IMG/VR virus record: IMGVR_UViG_3300048029_000266
Span: 3,432 to 67,431 of that record
DNA length: 64,000 nucleotides
Reading direction: 5' to 3' (one strand)
Origin: a virus
Part shown: positions 50,566-58,765 of the stretch, piece after piece
Layout: every line of letters begins with the position of its first letter
How positions within the stretch are numbered: the first letter of the stretch is position 1
Program-made: the position numbers and the translations under genes
Notes under the pieces: model-generated
Databases searched by the model: none
Seen by the model: only the letters and a program-made list of their open reading frames with translations
Told to the model about the DNA's origin: nothing

Positions 50566-50776
50566 TAAGAACAACTCTTACGGTAACTCAGCAACACAAC
50601 CAGCCAATATCTTTTCAAAAGGTAACGCTGTTGATAGCATTTCTGCACGTATTGACGATAAGTTAATGCGAATTAAAAACAAAGGCATCAATCACAATAC
50701 ATTAGATACTGTCGATGATTTGATAGGTTATTTAGTATTGTTGAAAATAGCTTATTCCGAAAACGAAATAAAATAA
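50513..50776 (+). CDS. DUF1599 / nucleotide-modification-associated domain protein (MazG-like helical fold)
   Basis: KNNSYGNS...RIDDKLMRI...DTVDDLIGYLVL. Confidence 0.8.
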   Translation: MTAQIRSELQKITDLLISKNNSYGNSATQPANIFSKGNAVDSISARIDDKLMRIKNKGINHNTLDTVDDLIGYLVLLKIAYSENEIK

Positions 50777-50785
50777 GATATTTTG

Positions 50786-50894
50786 TATCTTTGTATTTCT
50801 TCTCGGACAGTTCTGTCCTTTGTGTATTCATAGTTGGTTGTCGAAGTCCCTGGTTCTCCAGGGATTTTGGCCTCTAACAACTTTTAACTATGGA
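50786..50894 (+). ncRNA. Promoter-driven structured RNA (5' leader or sRNA)
   Basis: TATCTTTG box at 50786-50793; hairpin GGACA-GTTC-TGTCC; 14-bp hairpin 50840-50871; linker complementary to AACTATGAATAC. Confidence 0.55.
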
Positions 50895-51222
50895 ACCTAT
50901 AGAATACTGGCAAATAGATAAGATAGAATCTTTGTTACAACTCTGTCCTTATAATAATGATTACAGAGATAAAATAATGGATAACCTCCCAGAAACTAAA
51001 GAGGAGGCTAATTTATTATTAGACAAACTTTGGTTTGATCATATACCAAGAGATCCAAAAGATCAATTTGATAAAATGATTAAAATGAAAACATTAATCA
51101 AAATAGATTTTAAATACGAGTATGTTTGTGATGACTGTGGTGAAAACTGGATAAGTAGAACTAAAGATACATTATGTACATCTTGTTTAAGTCCAAATAT
51201 TAAACAAATTACTGATGAATGA
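50890..51222 (+). CDS. Hypothetical protein with C-terminal zinc ribbon
   Basis: YEYVCDDCG...CTSCLS. Confidence 0.65.
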   Translation: MEPIEYWQIDKIESLLQLCPYNNDYRDKIMDNLPETKEEANLLLDKLWFDHIPRDPKDQFDKMIKMKTLIKIDFKYEYVCDDCGENWISRTKDTLCTSCLSPNIKQITDE

Positions 51223-51469
51223 AAATGACGTAGACATAGCATTGTGCATTGCAATGTTTAGATGTTTTAACGAACAGTTGTATGCTCTTAAAGGCGTACA
51301 TTCATCTTTGCTTAAAAAGAAATTTAATCATTTAGTTAAAGTTGCTAAGCAATATGATGATGAAATTGTAAAGCAAAGCAAACACGACGTTGAGGTCGAT
51401 ATTTTATACGACAAAATGATGGACATTATGGTCGAAATAAAACTACAAATATTAAAAGAAAATGAGTAA
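51215..51469 (+). CDS. Hypothetical protein
   Basis: Overlapping packed ORF. Confidence 0.6.
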   Translation: MNENDVDIALCIAMFRCFNEQLYALKGVHSSLLKKKFNHLVKVAKQYDDEIVKQSKHDVEVDILYDKMMDIMVEIKLQILKENE

Positions 51470-51854
51470 AAACACAATTGTATTTGAAGGCGGTATTGAC
51501 GGCATTAGAACAATGGCTGACAATACTGTAAGAGTTAATATAGGCACACCTGAACTATCGCCTGATGTTGTAGGTCATATGTACTCTATGCTTAAACAGC
51601 CTGGATACGTAGTTATATCTACTATGCCTATTTCACAAAAACAAATAGACGCCGTAGAATCTGCTACTATAGATAGAGAGTTTGAAGAAAAAACACCGTC
51701 GCAAAGATTGCGTAATGTGTTATACGTGCTTTGGGAACAACAACAACCTAAAGAAACTAATAGTGAAGGAATTACTACATACATAGATTTTGACCTATAC
51801 TATAAGCGTAAGATGAATGAGCTAATTACATTCATTAAAAATAAACTATCATGA
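51462..51854 (+). CDS. Conserved phage protein (KTPSQRLRNVLY family)
   Basis: GIRTMADNT...TPEL...KTPSQRLRNVLYVLW...FDLYY. Confidence 0.7.
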   Translation: MSKNTIVFEGGIDGIRTMADNTVRVNIGTPELSPDVVGHMYSMLKQPGYVVISTMPISQKQIDAVESATIDREFEEKTPSQRLRNVLYVLWEQQQPKETNSEGITTYIDFDLYYKRKMNELITFIKNKLS

Positions 51855-52705
51855 TAACAAAGGACACTAGGAAAACTTTTAAAATCAGAAAGTCTGGTAG
51901 ATCAACTGATTTTATTAGCCCTAGTTTCGGACACGGATGTTTGTATGATTGTAGTTATTGCTACATGAAAAGACACAAACCTACTGGATTGAGTATTGCT
52001 ACAAATTCTGAAGATATACTAACAAGTATAAACAACCATGCTTATTTTGCTTGCGTTGATAAACCAAATCAAACACATCCTAAATACATAACATACGATA
52101 TAAGCTGTAATGAAGACTTTGCTTTACACGCTAAGTATCATGACTGGGAAGGTATATTTAATTTTTTCAAAGAACATCCTGTTGCTATGGGTAGTTTTGC
52201 TACTAAATATGTTAATCCTGATTTATGTACATATAATCCTGAAGGTAAAATACGTATAAGGTTTAGTTTAATGCCACAAAAAATGGCTGATATACACGAA
52301 CCTAATACGTCTAAAATAATTGATCGTATTAAAGCTATTAACGCTTTTATAGATGCAGGATATGATGTACACGTAAACTTTAGTCCTGTTATTTTATATA
52401 AAGGATGGCTTGAAGACTACGAAGATCTTTTTGTTATGCTGGATAATTATGTAGAATATAAAGATGTTGTAAAAGCTGAGGTTATATTCTTGACACATAA
52501 CGCCAAAAAACATATAACAAACCTTTCTAGACTTATTAATAGCGAGGATCATTTATGGGCGCCACAAATACAAGAAACGAAAACATCACAATATGGTGGT
52601 GAAAATATTAGATATAAACGAGATATAAAAAGTTTATGTATAAAATCTTTTGTAGATTTGCATGACCAAATAATACCTTGGAACACAATTAGATATATAT
52701 TTTAA
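51851..52705 (+). CDS. splB: Spore photoproduct lyase-family radical SAM protein
   Basis: DFISPSFGHGCLYDCSYCYM (CxxxCxxC), DISCNED, FATKY, RIRFSLMP, NFSPVI, YGGENIRY, IRYIF. Confidence 0.85.
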   Translation: MITKDTRKTFKIRKSGRSTDFISPSFGHGCLYDCSYCYMKRHKPTGLSIATNSEDILTSINNHAYFACVDKPNQTHPKYITYDISCNEDFALHAKYHDWEGIFNFFKEHPVAMGSFATKYVNPDLCTYNPEGKIRIRFSLMPQKMADIHEPNTSKIIDRIKAINAFIDAGYDVHVNFSPVILYKGWLEDYEDLFVMLDNYVEYKDVVKAEVIFLTHNAKKHITNLSRLINSEDHLWAPQIQETKTSQYGGENIRYKRDIKSLCIKSFVDLHDQIIPWNTIRYIF

Positions 52706-52706
52706 T

Positions 52707-52805
52707 ATGACTTATAAAGGAAGATTAACTGCTTACAGAAGATGGCTTGTTAAACAACTTAAAAAGGTTGATAAAGCTTTATTAGCTATAAACAATTCAA
52801 AATGA
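52707..52805 (+). CDS. 32-aa basic micropeptide (not in ORF track)
   Basis: Hand-translated MTYKGRLTAYRRWLVKQLKKVDKALLAINNSK; ATGA overlap with the next gene. Confidence 0.45.
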   Translation: MTYKGRLTAYRRWLVKQLKKVDKALLAINNSK

Positions 52806-52984
52806 AAAAGACAACACACAAATTACTTAAACAAGCTCATATAATTATTAATGAAGCTACTGGTACAGACGTAAGTAAAACTTCTAGAGAAAACGCAAAG
52901 CGTGAAGCTAGAAAACTGTACAGAAAGATTAAGGATATTGATCCAAAAATTTACAATATTCTTGAGCCTGAAATTAATGAGTAG
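52802..52984 (+). CDS. Small hypothetical protein, last rightward gene
   Basis: ORF track; converges on 53002. Confidence 0.6.
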   Translation: MKKTTHKLLKQAHIIINEATGTDVSKTSRENAKREARKLYRKIKDIDPKIYNILEPEINE

Positions 52985-53001
52985 TTTAGTTGTTATTCAG
53001 C

Positions 53002-54279
53002 TTAGTTAACTTTAACATTATAGTTTAACTTGGCTTGCACACCGTTGTATTTACTCCAAACAAATGCAGAGGCTTTTTTAATGTTGCCTACATAGCCTTT
53101 CATATCATGCCATTCGTCTGTAGCTGACATAGATGATAAATTACGTACAGTAAGACCATTTAATTCTTCTACTGCTTGCATTTTATATGCTTTGTTTGTG
53201 TGTAAATGCCCACGGTGAACTTCAACATATTTTACCTCACTCCATATTTCTCTATATCTTTGAGAAACAATACCTGGTAAATCATTTAACTTAGGGCCAT
53301 CGCCATGATCATTTATTATTAAACATTTACCATACATATAAGACTTCATCATAGAGTTACTATTATCTACAGTAACATTCTTATGTTCAGAATAGAACAT
53401 TTCTAAAGCATCACCTATATGCATCATGGACTCTCTGTCGTGATTACCTGGAACTACACTAACATGTACATCTGCATACTCTACTAACATTTGTATACAC
53501 TCTACTATCAACTTTCTTCCTGCTCTATACACTTCTATACCTTTGTCAGTATTGTATTGCGGTGTTCCTTTAGTAGTACTTACAATAGGCCAATCTCCAT
53601 CAGAGTTTAAAAAGTCGTTACCTACTACAAATAATATTTGATTTATATAGTATCCACTAGCTCTCTTGACTAAATGGGTTAAGGCATCTATCATTCGTCC
53701 TCTTGCTATCTCTAAACTATATTCGTCTCCGTCTATACCTATTTTACCAAGATGTAAATCACAAGCATTAATTTCTAGTAAATGTGGATCATCATCTTTA
53801 TAACTATCTGGTCTTAATATACTATGTGGCTTAGAATTAAAAAGAGGAACTAAGTCATTGACTAGCTCCTCTCTTATTTTCCCTATGTTTAGCAAAGGAT
53901 CAATCTTTTTTAACCAAGCTTTTGTCCTGAACATTGGTACTGTTATAGGTCTTTTAGCCTTATCAAAGCCTGTAACCTCATATGTACCAATATCATATCT
54001 TTCTACATACCATACTTCTGTATCTACTTTACAAGCTTTTAAAAGGTCATCTAGCGATTTAACTCTATTGCTATCTTCGCATGTAGCTATTGCTCCTAAC
54101 TTGTTTTCCTCAAAGGATGTCTTTTCTTTAGATGTTGGTTTTAGTTTACCACGTAATCTTCTAGCTATACTACGTACTTTTTCGTAATTTGTATCAAATA
54201 GTATTGCTGTTTGATGATAGTCTTTGTTTAACTTTTCTGGATTAGATAATAAATATTCTTTTATTTGTTCATTAATCAT
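53002..54279 (-). CDS. Calcineurin-like metallophosphoesterase with N-terminal HTH-like region
   Basis: DLHLGK, GNDFL, PGNHD, HGD and GHLH motifs. Confidence 0.88.
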   Translation of the reverse strand: MINEQIKEYLLSNPEKLNKDYHQTAILFDTNYEKVRSIARRLRGKLKPTSKEKTSFEENKLGAIATCEDSNRVKSLDDLLKACKVDTEVWYVERYDIGTYEVTGFDKAKRPITVPMFRTKAWLKKIDPLLNIGKIREELVNDLVPLFNSKPHSILRPDSYKDDDPHLLEINACDLHLGKIGIDGDEYSLEIARGRMIDALTHLVKRASGYYINQILFVVGNDFLNSDGDWPIVSTTKGTPQYNTDKGIEVYRAGRKLIVECIQMLVEYADVHVSVVPGNHDRESMMHIGDALEMFYSEHKNVTVDNSNSMMKSYMYGKCLIINDHGDGPKLNDLPGIVSQRYREIWSEVKYVEVHRGHLHTNKAYKMQAVEELNGLTVRNLSSMSATDEWHDMKGYVGNIKKASAFVWSKYNGVQAKLNYNVKVN

Positions 54280-54539
54280 TGGAATAATTTTTCATTCTCA
54301 TATTTTGGTCCGTAGCCATGCTGTGATTTTAAGTCAACATTTTTGACTTTCAATTTATATTTATTTTTTCTTAGTTTTATTTTGTCTAATGCTTTATTTA
54401 CTAACATAGCATTGTTAATTATCTCTTCTTCTGTCCAACCCTTAGCAAATACGTCTTTTGCTACATATTTAACTTTAGTTCTAGGCATTTCAAAAGTCCA
54501 ATCTGTTATCCAAATTGGCAGTTTATTTTCGTATTCCAT
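54276..54539 (-). CDS. Hypothetical protein
   Basis: Packed ORF. Confidence 0.6.
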   Translation of the reverse strand: MEYENKLPIWITDWTFEMPRTKVKYVAKDVFAKGWTEEEIINNAMLVNKALDKIKLRKNKYKLKVKNVDLKSQHGYGPKYENEKLFQ

Positions 54540-54542
54540 AAT

Positions 54543-55205
54543 TTATTTTAATACAGTTACATCTAACTGACCTTGATCAGCTATTTTGTAAATATATAAA
54601 TAAAATGGTTTACTACCAGAAATAATTTTTTGTGTAGTTCCAACTATCTCAGATAATGACAGCTGTTTAGGATTACTTGGTGCTGTACCAGCTTGCGCTA
54701 ATAACATATTAGCTGCTAGATATACAGTATCTTTAGAATTTATTATAGTTTGATTTGGATACTTAGCTGTAATTGTTTTTATATCAACTCTTGAAAGTAA
54801 TAAATTAAATGTAAGATTTTGTGTTGTATTACTATTTACAAACAAAATATCTCTTAATGTACCATCAGTATTACTATCAAATACTTTTAAAAAACTACTA
54901 CCTGTTTCTGTAGTATACAAAACATTTTTAAAAATATTAATACCACCACCTTGTGTATCTTCTGTATTTACTATAACTGTAGGTGTTTGTGGACTTAATA
55001 CAGATGATGCCGTTGATTGATTAGGCGTGACTTGAGAGCCTTGTGTTTGTGGTGCTGGTCTTGAAGATGTTGTTACTTGTGAAGATACTGGTGAATAGGA
55101 TGGCTTTGGAATAAAACGAGAACCCGATCTGTCAAGTTCTACTTCACTAATTTTACGAGTTCTATCTGTCTCGTATCTGCTTCTATTTTTTTCATATTCT
55201 GCCAT
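54543..55205 (-). CDS. Putative structural protein with low-complexity N-terminus
   Basis: S/T/P/Q-rich N-terminus, beta-rich C-terminus. Confidence 0.5.
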   Translation of the reverse strand: MAEYEKNRSRYETDRTRKISEVELDRSGSRFIPKPSYSPVSSQVTTSSRPAPQTQGSQVTPNQSTASSVLSPQTPTVIVNTEDTQGGGINIFKNVLYTTETGSSFLKVFDSNTDGTLRDILFVNSNTTQNLTFNLLLSRVDIKTITAKYPNQTIINSKDTVYLAANMLLAQAGTAPSNPKQLSLSEIVGTTQKIISGSKPFYLYIYKIADQGQLDVTVLK

Positions 55206-55668
55206 CGTAATCTATATACTCTATTGTTACCTTCTCACCATTATCTATAGCCTTTGCAATTTTTGGATAAATTCGTCTATACGCATTGACACTTTTTCCA
55301 ACAAATCCGTCTTTAATAATGGTATTGTTTTCTTGGGAATCTCCAACAATAAGACAGCCACTAGTATGTTCATCAGTATTTCCAGTATGTATAAGAATAA
55401 ACTCAAAACCAGGCACATCAACGATATGAAGCATACCAATGTGTATATCAGAATATTTTTTAGAGTATCTTTTATGAAATCCACCTTCCTTTCTTAATTC
55501 AATATTATAAATACCAGCAGGTATTCTTGTTTCACCTTTAACTTTTAAAACTCTTTTTTCGTCCTCTAAAGTATAACATAAAAACTGATTACCCAAATCA
55601 TTAACCTCAAAAAGCAGACCGTTAGTAGAGTCTGCTTCTGAGTTATACCTTAATACTTTAAGTTTCAT
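55192..55668 (-). CDS. DUF5675-family protein (L,D-transpeptidase-like, candidate lysin)
   Basis: CYTLED...GETRIPAGIY...ILIHTGN...TSGCLIVG. Confidence 0.85.
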   Translation of the reverse strand: MKLKVLRYNSEADSTNGLLFEVNDLGNQFLCYTLEDEKRVLKVKGETRIPAGIYNIELRKEGGFHKRYSKKYSDIHIGMLHIVDVPGFEFILIHTGNTDEHTSGCLIVGDSQENNTIIKDGFVGKSVNAYRRIYPKIAKAIDNGEKVTIEYIDYDGRI

Positions 55669-55669
55669 A

Positions 55670-56077
55670 TTATGCGTCTAGCGCATCGCAAAGTAAAAAC
55701 TGCGCTTTTTGTGCAGCTGTTGCAGCATCTAAATCCAAATTATTAGAAGCATCTCCTACACCATCAATTTTAACTGGTGAAAAGAATCCTTCTCCTGGTT
55801 TTAAATCTGCAATAATATCTCCGTCAGGTTTAACAGATATAGCATAATCTGTATCTACATTTTTTACAAAAGTATAAAGTCTATCTTTATTTGTTAAATT
55901 AGCTAAGTTTATTTGATCATCACCCGTTCCTACTAAAACTTCACCTGTAGTTAAAGATTCTCCTGTAGTATGAGATTGTGATATAAAACTAGGATTAAAA
56001 GAAAATACAATACTACCGTTTTGATCTGTTAATGTAAAAGATCCTGATACCTGTACGTTTAGTGCTTGTGTCGCCAT
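55670..56077 (-). CDS. Putative decoration/structural protein (paralogue A)
   Basis: FVKNVDTDY...LKPGEGFF. Confidence 0.55.
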   Translation of the reverse strand: MATQALNVQVSGSFTLTDQNGSIVFSFNPSFISQSHTTGESLTTGEVLVGTGDDQINLANLTNKDRLYTFVKNVDTDYAISVKPDGDIIADLKPGEGFFSPVKIDGVGDASNNLDLDAATAAQKAQFLLCDALDA

Positions 56078-56095
56078 TTTATATAATTTTTAAAA

Positions 56096-56485
56096 TTATG
56101 CTGCTGAATCTATTTCTACAGCAAAATATTCAACTGTTACAACTCCTGTGTTTGCACGAGCTGTTGTTGCTCCTGCTCCTCTAATAATAGTAAATAAAAA
56201 TTCACCTGGCTCTAAAACGCCAATAACATCATTATCACTAGATGCACCATCATATACTGTTACGTAATTAGTATCATCCATGTTTTTAACGTAAATTATT
56301 TTACCATAACCAGGAGAAGACATAATTGTTGCGTCTGAACCTGTTGGTACATCAATACGTCCTGATGCAATTTGATCAACACCAGTAATATTTAACGAGA
56401 AATTAGAAGACTGGGCTTGACTATATCCTGTGCCAGATGAAGCCGTTATATTTAAACTACCATTAAATGTATAATTTTGTGCCAT
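56096..56485 (-). CDS. Putative decoration/structural protein (paralogue B)
   Basis: YVKNMDDTNY...LEPGEFLF; own TATATTTG box at 56501-56508. Confidence 0.55.
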   Translation of the reverse strand: MAQNYTFNGSLNITASSGTGYSQAQSSNFSLNITGVDQIASGRIDVPTGSDATIMSSPGYGKIIYVKNMDDTNYVTVYDGASSDNDVIGVLEPGEFLFTIIRGAGATTARANTGVVTVEYFAVEIDSAA

Positions 56486-56513
56486 CTTATTATTTTTTTA
56501 CAAATATAATTAA

Positions 56514-56726
56514 TTAATAGGAATTATCTTCATTACTAGGTATATTTTGTTCAAAACCAGAAGATGGTGTAGCAGCTTGTCCGTGTGTTGTACCAGCCAT
56601 ATAGCCTAATTGACCATTATATACATGAGTATGATAGCCAACTAAACCTAGTGTAGCTCCATAATCTAATGCCTCTTGAACATTGTCAAATAAAGGCACG
56701 TTATCTATTGTAGTTATTATAGGCAC
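56514..56726 (-). CDS. Small conserved phage protein (GYHTH...YM motif)
   Basis: IDNVPLF...GYHTHVYNGQLGYMAG. Confidence 0.6.
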   Translation of the reverse strand: MPIITTIDNVPLFDNVQEALDYGATLGLVGYHTHVYNGQLGYMAGTTHGQAATPSSGFEQNIPSNEDNSY

Positions 56727-56980
56727 TATAAAATTGATTTTAATTCAGCACACTTTTCGTACTCTTCTAATTCTATAAAATAATCTATTAACTGATTTAT
56801 AGTATCATTCCAACCTTCATCTGACTGTATGTCTTCTGGATGAAATGCTAAATAAACCGATCCTTCTTTTGTAGTTAGTAAATCATCTAAAGTAACATCT
56901 CCCATAAGAATATCATAAGCATTATTCATTGCTATATTTAACTCTTGTTGTTCGATATTATCTTTATGAATGTTGTTCAT
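56726..56980 (-). CDS. Small acidic protein with UVR-like C-terminal motif
   Basis: LIDYFIELEEYEKCAELK. Confidence 0.6.
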   Translation of the reverse strand: MNNIHKDNIEQQELNIAMNNAYDILMGDVTLDDLLTTKEGSVYLAFHPEDIQSDEGWNDTINQLIDYFIELEEYEKCAELKSIL

Positions 56981-57278
56981 TTAATCTAGACATTCTTGCA
57001 CCACAACAGCACATATTTTTTTTAGACATCTGTCCTCTATAATTACCTCCACTAGAGTATCTACTAACTCTACCTTTTTTATTTTTTTCTCTTTTAGCTT
57101 TAGCTTTATCTGCTTTACTTAATTGACTCCAAGTCTTAGGCGTTTTTTTACTAACCTTTTTAGTAGGTCTAAAAGTATTTTCACCTCCACTATAATCTTT
57201 TTTACCAGACGGAGTTCGCCAGTCTTCTTTAAACCATCTTTTTAAAGCTAAGCCTTTCGCTGTTTTACGTACCGCCAT
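56964..57278 (-). CDS. Small basic protein (LKRWFKEDW / DUF5872-like)
   Basis: GLALKRWFKEDW...RPTKKVSKKTPKT; ends EQHS. Confidence 0.7.
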   Translation of the reverse strand: MAVRKTAKGLALKRWFKEDWRTPSGKKDYSGGENTFRPTKKVSKKTPKTWSQLSKADKAKAKREKNKKGRVSRYSSGGNYRGQMSKKNMCCCGARMSRLNEQHS

Positions 57279-57280
57279 AA

Positions 57281-57445
57281 TTAATCGTGTTGGAACCTCA
57301 TTCCTTGCGCCGCTTTCTTTTTAGATTTATTACCCCAATTAGCAGCTCCTTTTTTTCTACACTTTGCCAAAGCTCCACTTGCATAAGCTGAAGGCCATAC
57401 TTTATATCTTGACTTTACTTTATGATAACATGCGTCTTTTGCCAT
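57281..57445 (-). CDS. 54-aa basic protein MAKDACYHKVKSRYKVWPSAYASG...GMRFQHD (not in ORF track)
   Basis: Hand-translated; WPSAYASG motif; fills the gap exactly. Confidence 0.75.
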   Translation of the reverse strand: MAKDACYHKVKSRYKVWPSAYASGALAKCRKKGAANWGNKSKKKAAQGMRFQHD

Positions 57446-57446
57446 T

Positions 57447-57575
57447 TTATTTATTTTTAGGTTTTGTGTGTTTGTAACCCTTCTTTTTTAATTCCATGTG
57501 CTTTGCATATGTATTAGCCTTGATACCCTTACCAGCTCTACTATACATCATATGTGGTTTGAATTTTTTAGCCAT
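57447..57575 (-). CDS. 42-aa basic protein MAKKFKPHMMY... (not in ORF track)
   Basis: Hand-translated; fills the gap exactly. Confidence 0.65.
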   Translation of the reverse strand: MAKKFKPHMMYSRAGKGIKANTYAKHMELKKKGYKHTKPKNK

Positions 57576-57577
57576 AA

Positions 57578-57889
57578 TTAATCGTGTTGTGTGTAACGAC
57601 AACCTGAATTGCAGTTCCACTTTCTTAATGATTTATTAATTCTTGAATTAGGATCTCTTCTTGTTTTAGCAGACGTAAGTTTCTTTTTCATTCCTTTCAT
57701 ACGAGAACAAAAAGATTTTCTACGCTTAGCAGCTTTAGATCCTTTTTTTAACTTAGAAGGTTTTGTAGTAACAGCAGACTTTAACTTAGAACCAGGATTT
57801 GCTTTTCTGTAAGAAGCAATACCTTTTTTGTTAAGTCCACCAGACTTAGACTTACCTTCTTTTCTTTGCCATGCAGGTGTTTTTGCCAT
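57578..57889 (-). CDS. Small basic protein (DUF6321-like)
   Basis: TPAWQRKEGK..GGLN...RRKSFCSRM...DPNSRINKSLRKWNC; ends YTQHD. Confidence 0.75.
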   Translation of the reverse strand: MAKTPAWQRKEGKSKSGGLNKKGIASYRKANPGSKLKSAVTTKPSKLKKGSKAAKRRKSFCSRMKGMKKKLTSAKTRRDPNSRINKSLRKWNCNSGCRYTQHD

Positions 57890-57890
57890 T

Positions 57891-58310
57891 TTATTTTACT
57901 TCAGTATTATTCTTTTTGCTGCTCCCACCGAAGAAAAAGTCAATAATAGTATTAACTTTAGCTGACATTGCTCCAAAGATACTAGAAATAAAAGTAATTT
58001 CAAACTCACCAAGATTAATAGTACCTTTTACAAAGTAATTAAACATAACATAACTTATTCCAAAATAAGCTACAGTAAATAGTGTTGCAAGTATTTTCTG
58101 TATAATAGCATCATCTTTATACATATCTCTTGCAGACTTTCTGTCTTCTACTTCCTTAGCAAAAGCTTCACGTTCTGCTTCTAATAAAAGTTTTTGTAAT
58201 TCAATTTTAGCCTGATCTCTTTCTTTATCAGTTGTAATTACTTTATCTAAAATTCCTTCAGCATTGTCTAATACTTTACTAAACAATCCATTTAATATAT
58301 TAAGAGCCAC
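57891..58310 (-). CDS. Holin (3TM/GTA-holin-like)
   Basis: LDKVITTDKER...EVEDRKSAR, two TM helices, IIDFFFGGS. Confidence 0.75.
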   Translation of the reverse strand: MALNILNGLFSKVLDNAEGILDKVITTDKERDQAKIELQKLLLEAEREAFAKEVEDRKSARDMYKDDAIIQKILATLFTVAYFGISYVMFNYFVKGTINLGEFEITFISSIFGAMSAKVNTIIDFFFGGSSKKNNTEVK

Positions 58311-58560
58311 AGTTTTCGCAATCTTCTTGATTAGTTATATCACATTTAGGTTGTTCAGATTCTTCTAAGCTTTTAGTCCATGCTTCAAAAAAACTTGCAT
58401 CATTTTCGTTAGGAGCATGACACTCGCAATTTTCTTTTAAACATATGCCTTCTGAATCACAACAAGTGCACAAAGGTTTTCCACAACAAACATTTAAAGC
58501 TTCATCATCTTTCATATTTCTAGTATAATCGTAATAATATTTTGATTTATTTACAGCCAT
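58300..58560 (-). CDS. Cys-rich small protein
   Basis: 11 Cys; ends CDITNQEDCENCGS. Confidence 0.6.
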   Translation of the reverse strand: MAVNKSKYYYDYTRNMKDDEALNVCCGKPLCTCCDSEGICLKENCECHAPNENDASFFEAWTKSLEESEQPKCDITNQEDCENCGS

Positions 58561-58765
58561 TTAATTTAGCTATTTCTTTTTCTAATTCTATAATTCTATC
58601 ATCATTTTCATTAATGACTTTTATTTTCTTTTCTAGTCTACGATCTAAAACCTGTATGTCTTCTTCTAATTGACCTATTTGACTATAAGCTATACCCATA
58701 GTAAATATAATACCAATTATCCATATTATATTACCAATAGATATAGTAAAATCTTTTTGCATCAT
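58547..58765 (-). CDS. Membrane-anchored coiled-coil protein (lysis-module accessory)
   Basis: N-terminal TM helix then coiled coil. Confidence 0.6.
   Translation of the reverse strand: MMQKDFTISIGNIIWIIGIIFTMGIAYSQIGQLEEDIQVLDRRLEKKIKVINENDDRIIELEKEIAKLNGCK

Larger units (their letters stand above)
24093..56508. promoter_or_regulatory. Set of Bacteroidota -7 promoter boxes (TAnnTTTG) just upstream of genes
   Basis: Minus strand: 24093-24100, 25652-25659, 29474-29481, 37689-37696, 37985-37992, 39383-39390, 56501-56508. Plus strand: 49394-49401, 50786-50793. All intergenic, most within about 4-30 nt of an ATG. Confidence 0.75.

Noticed and set aside
40135-51784. Minus-strand ORFs within the early/replication module
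   Set aside because: Antisense to well-packed plus-strand genes with recognisable motifs
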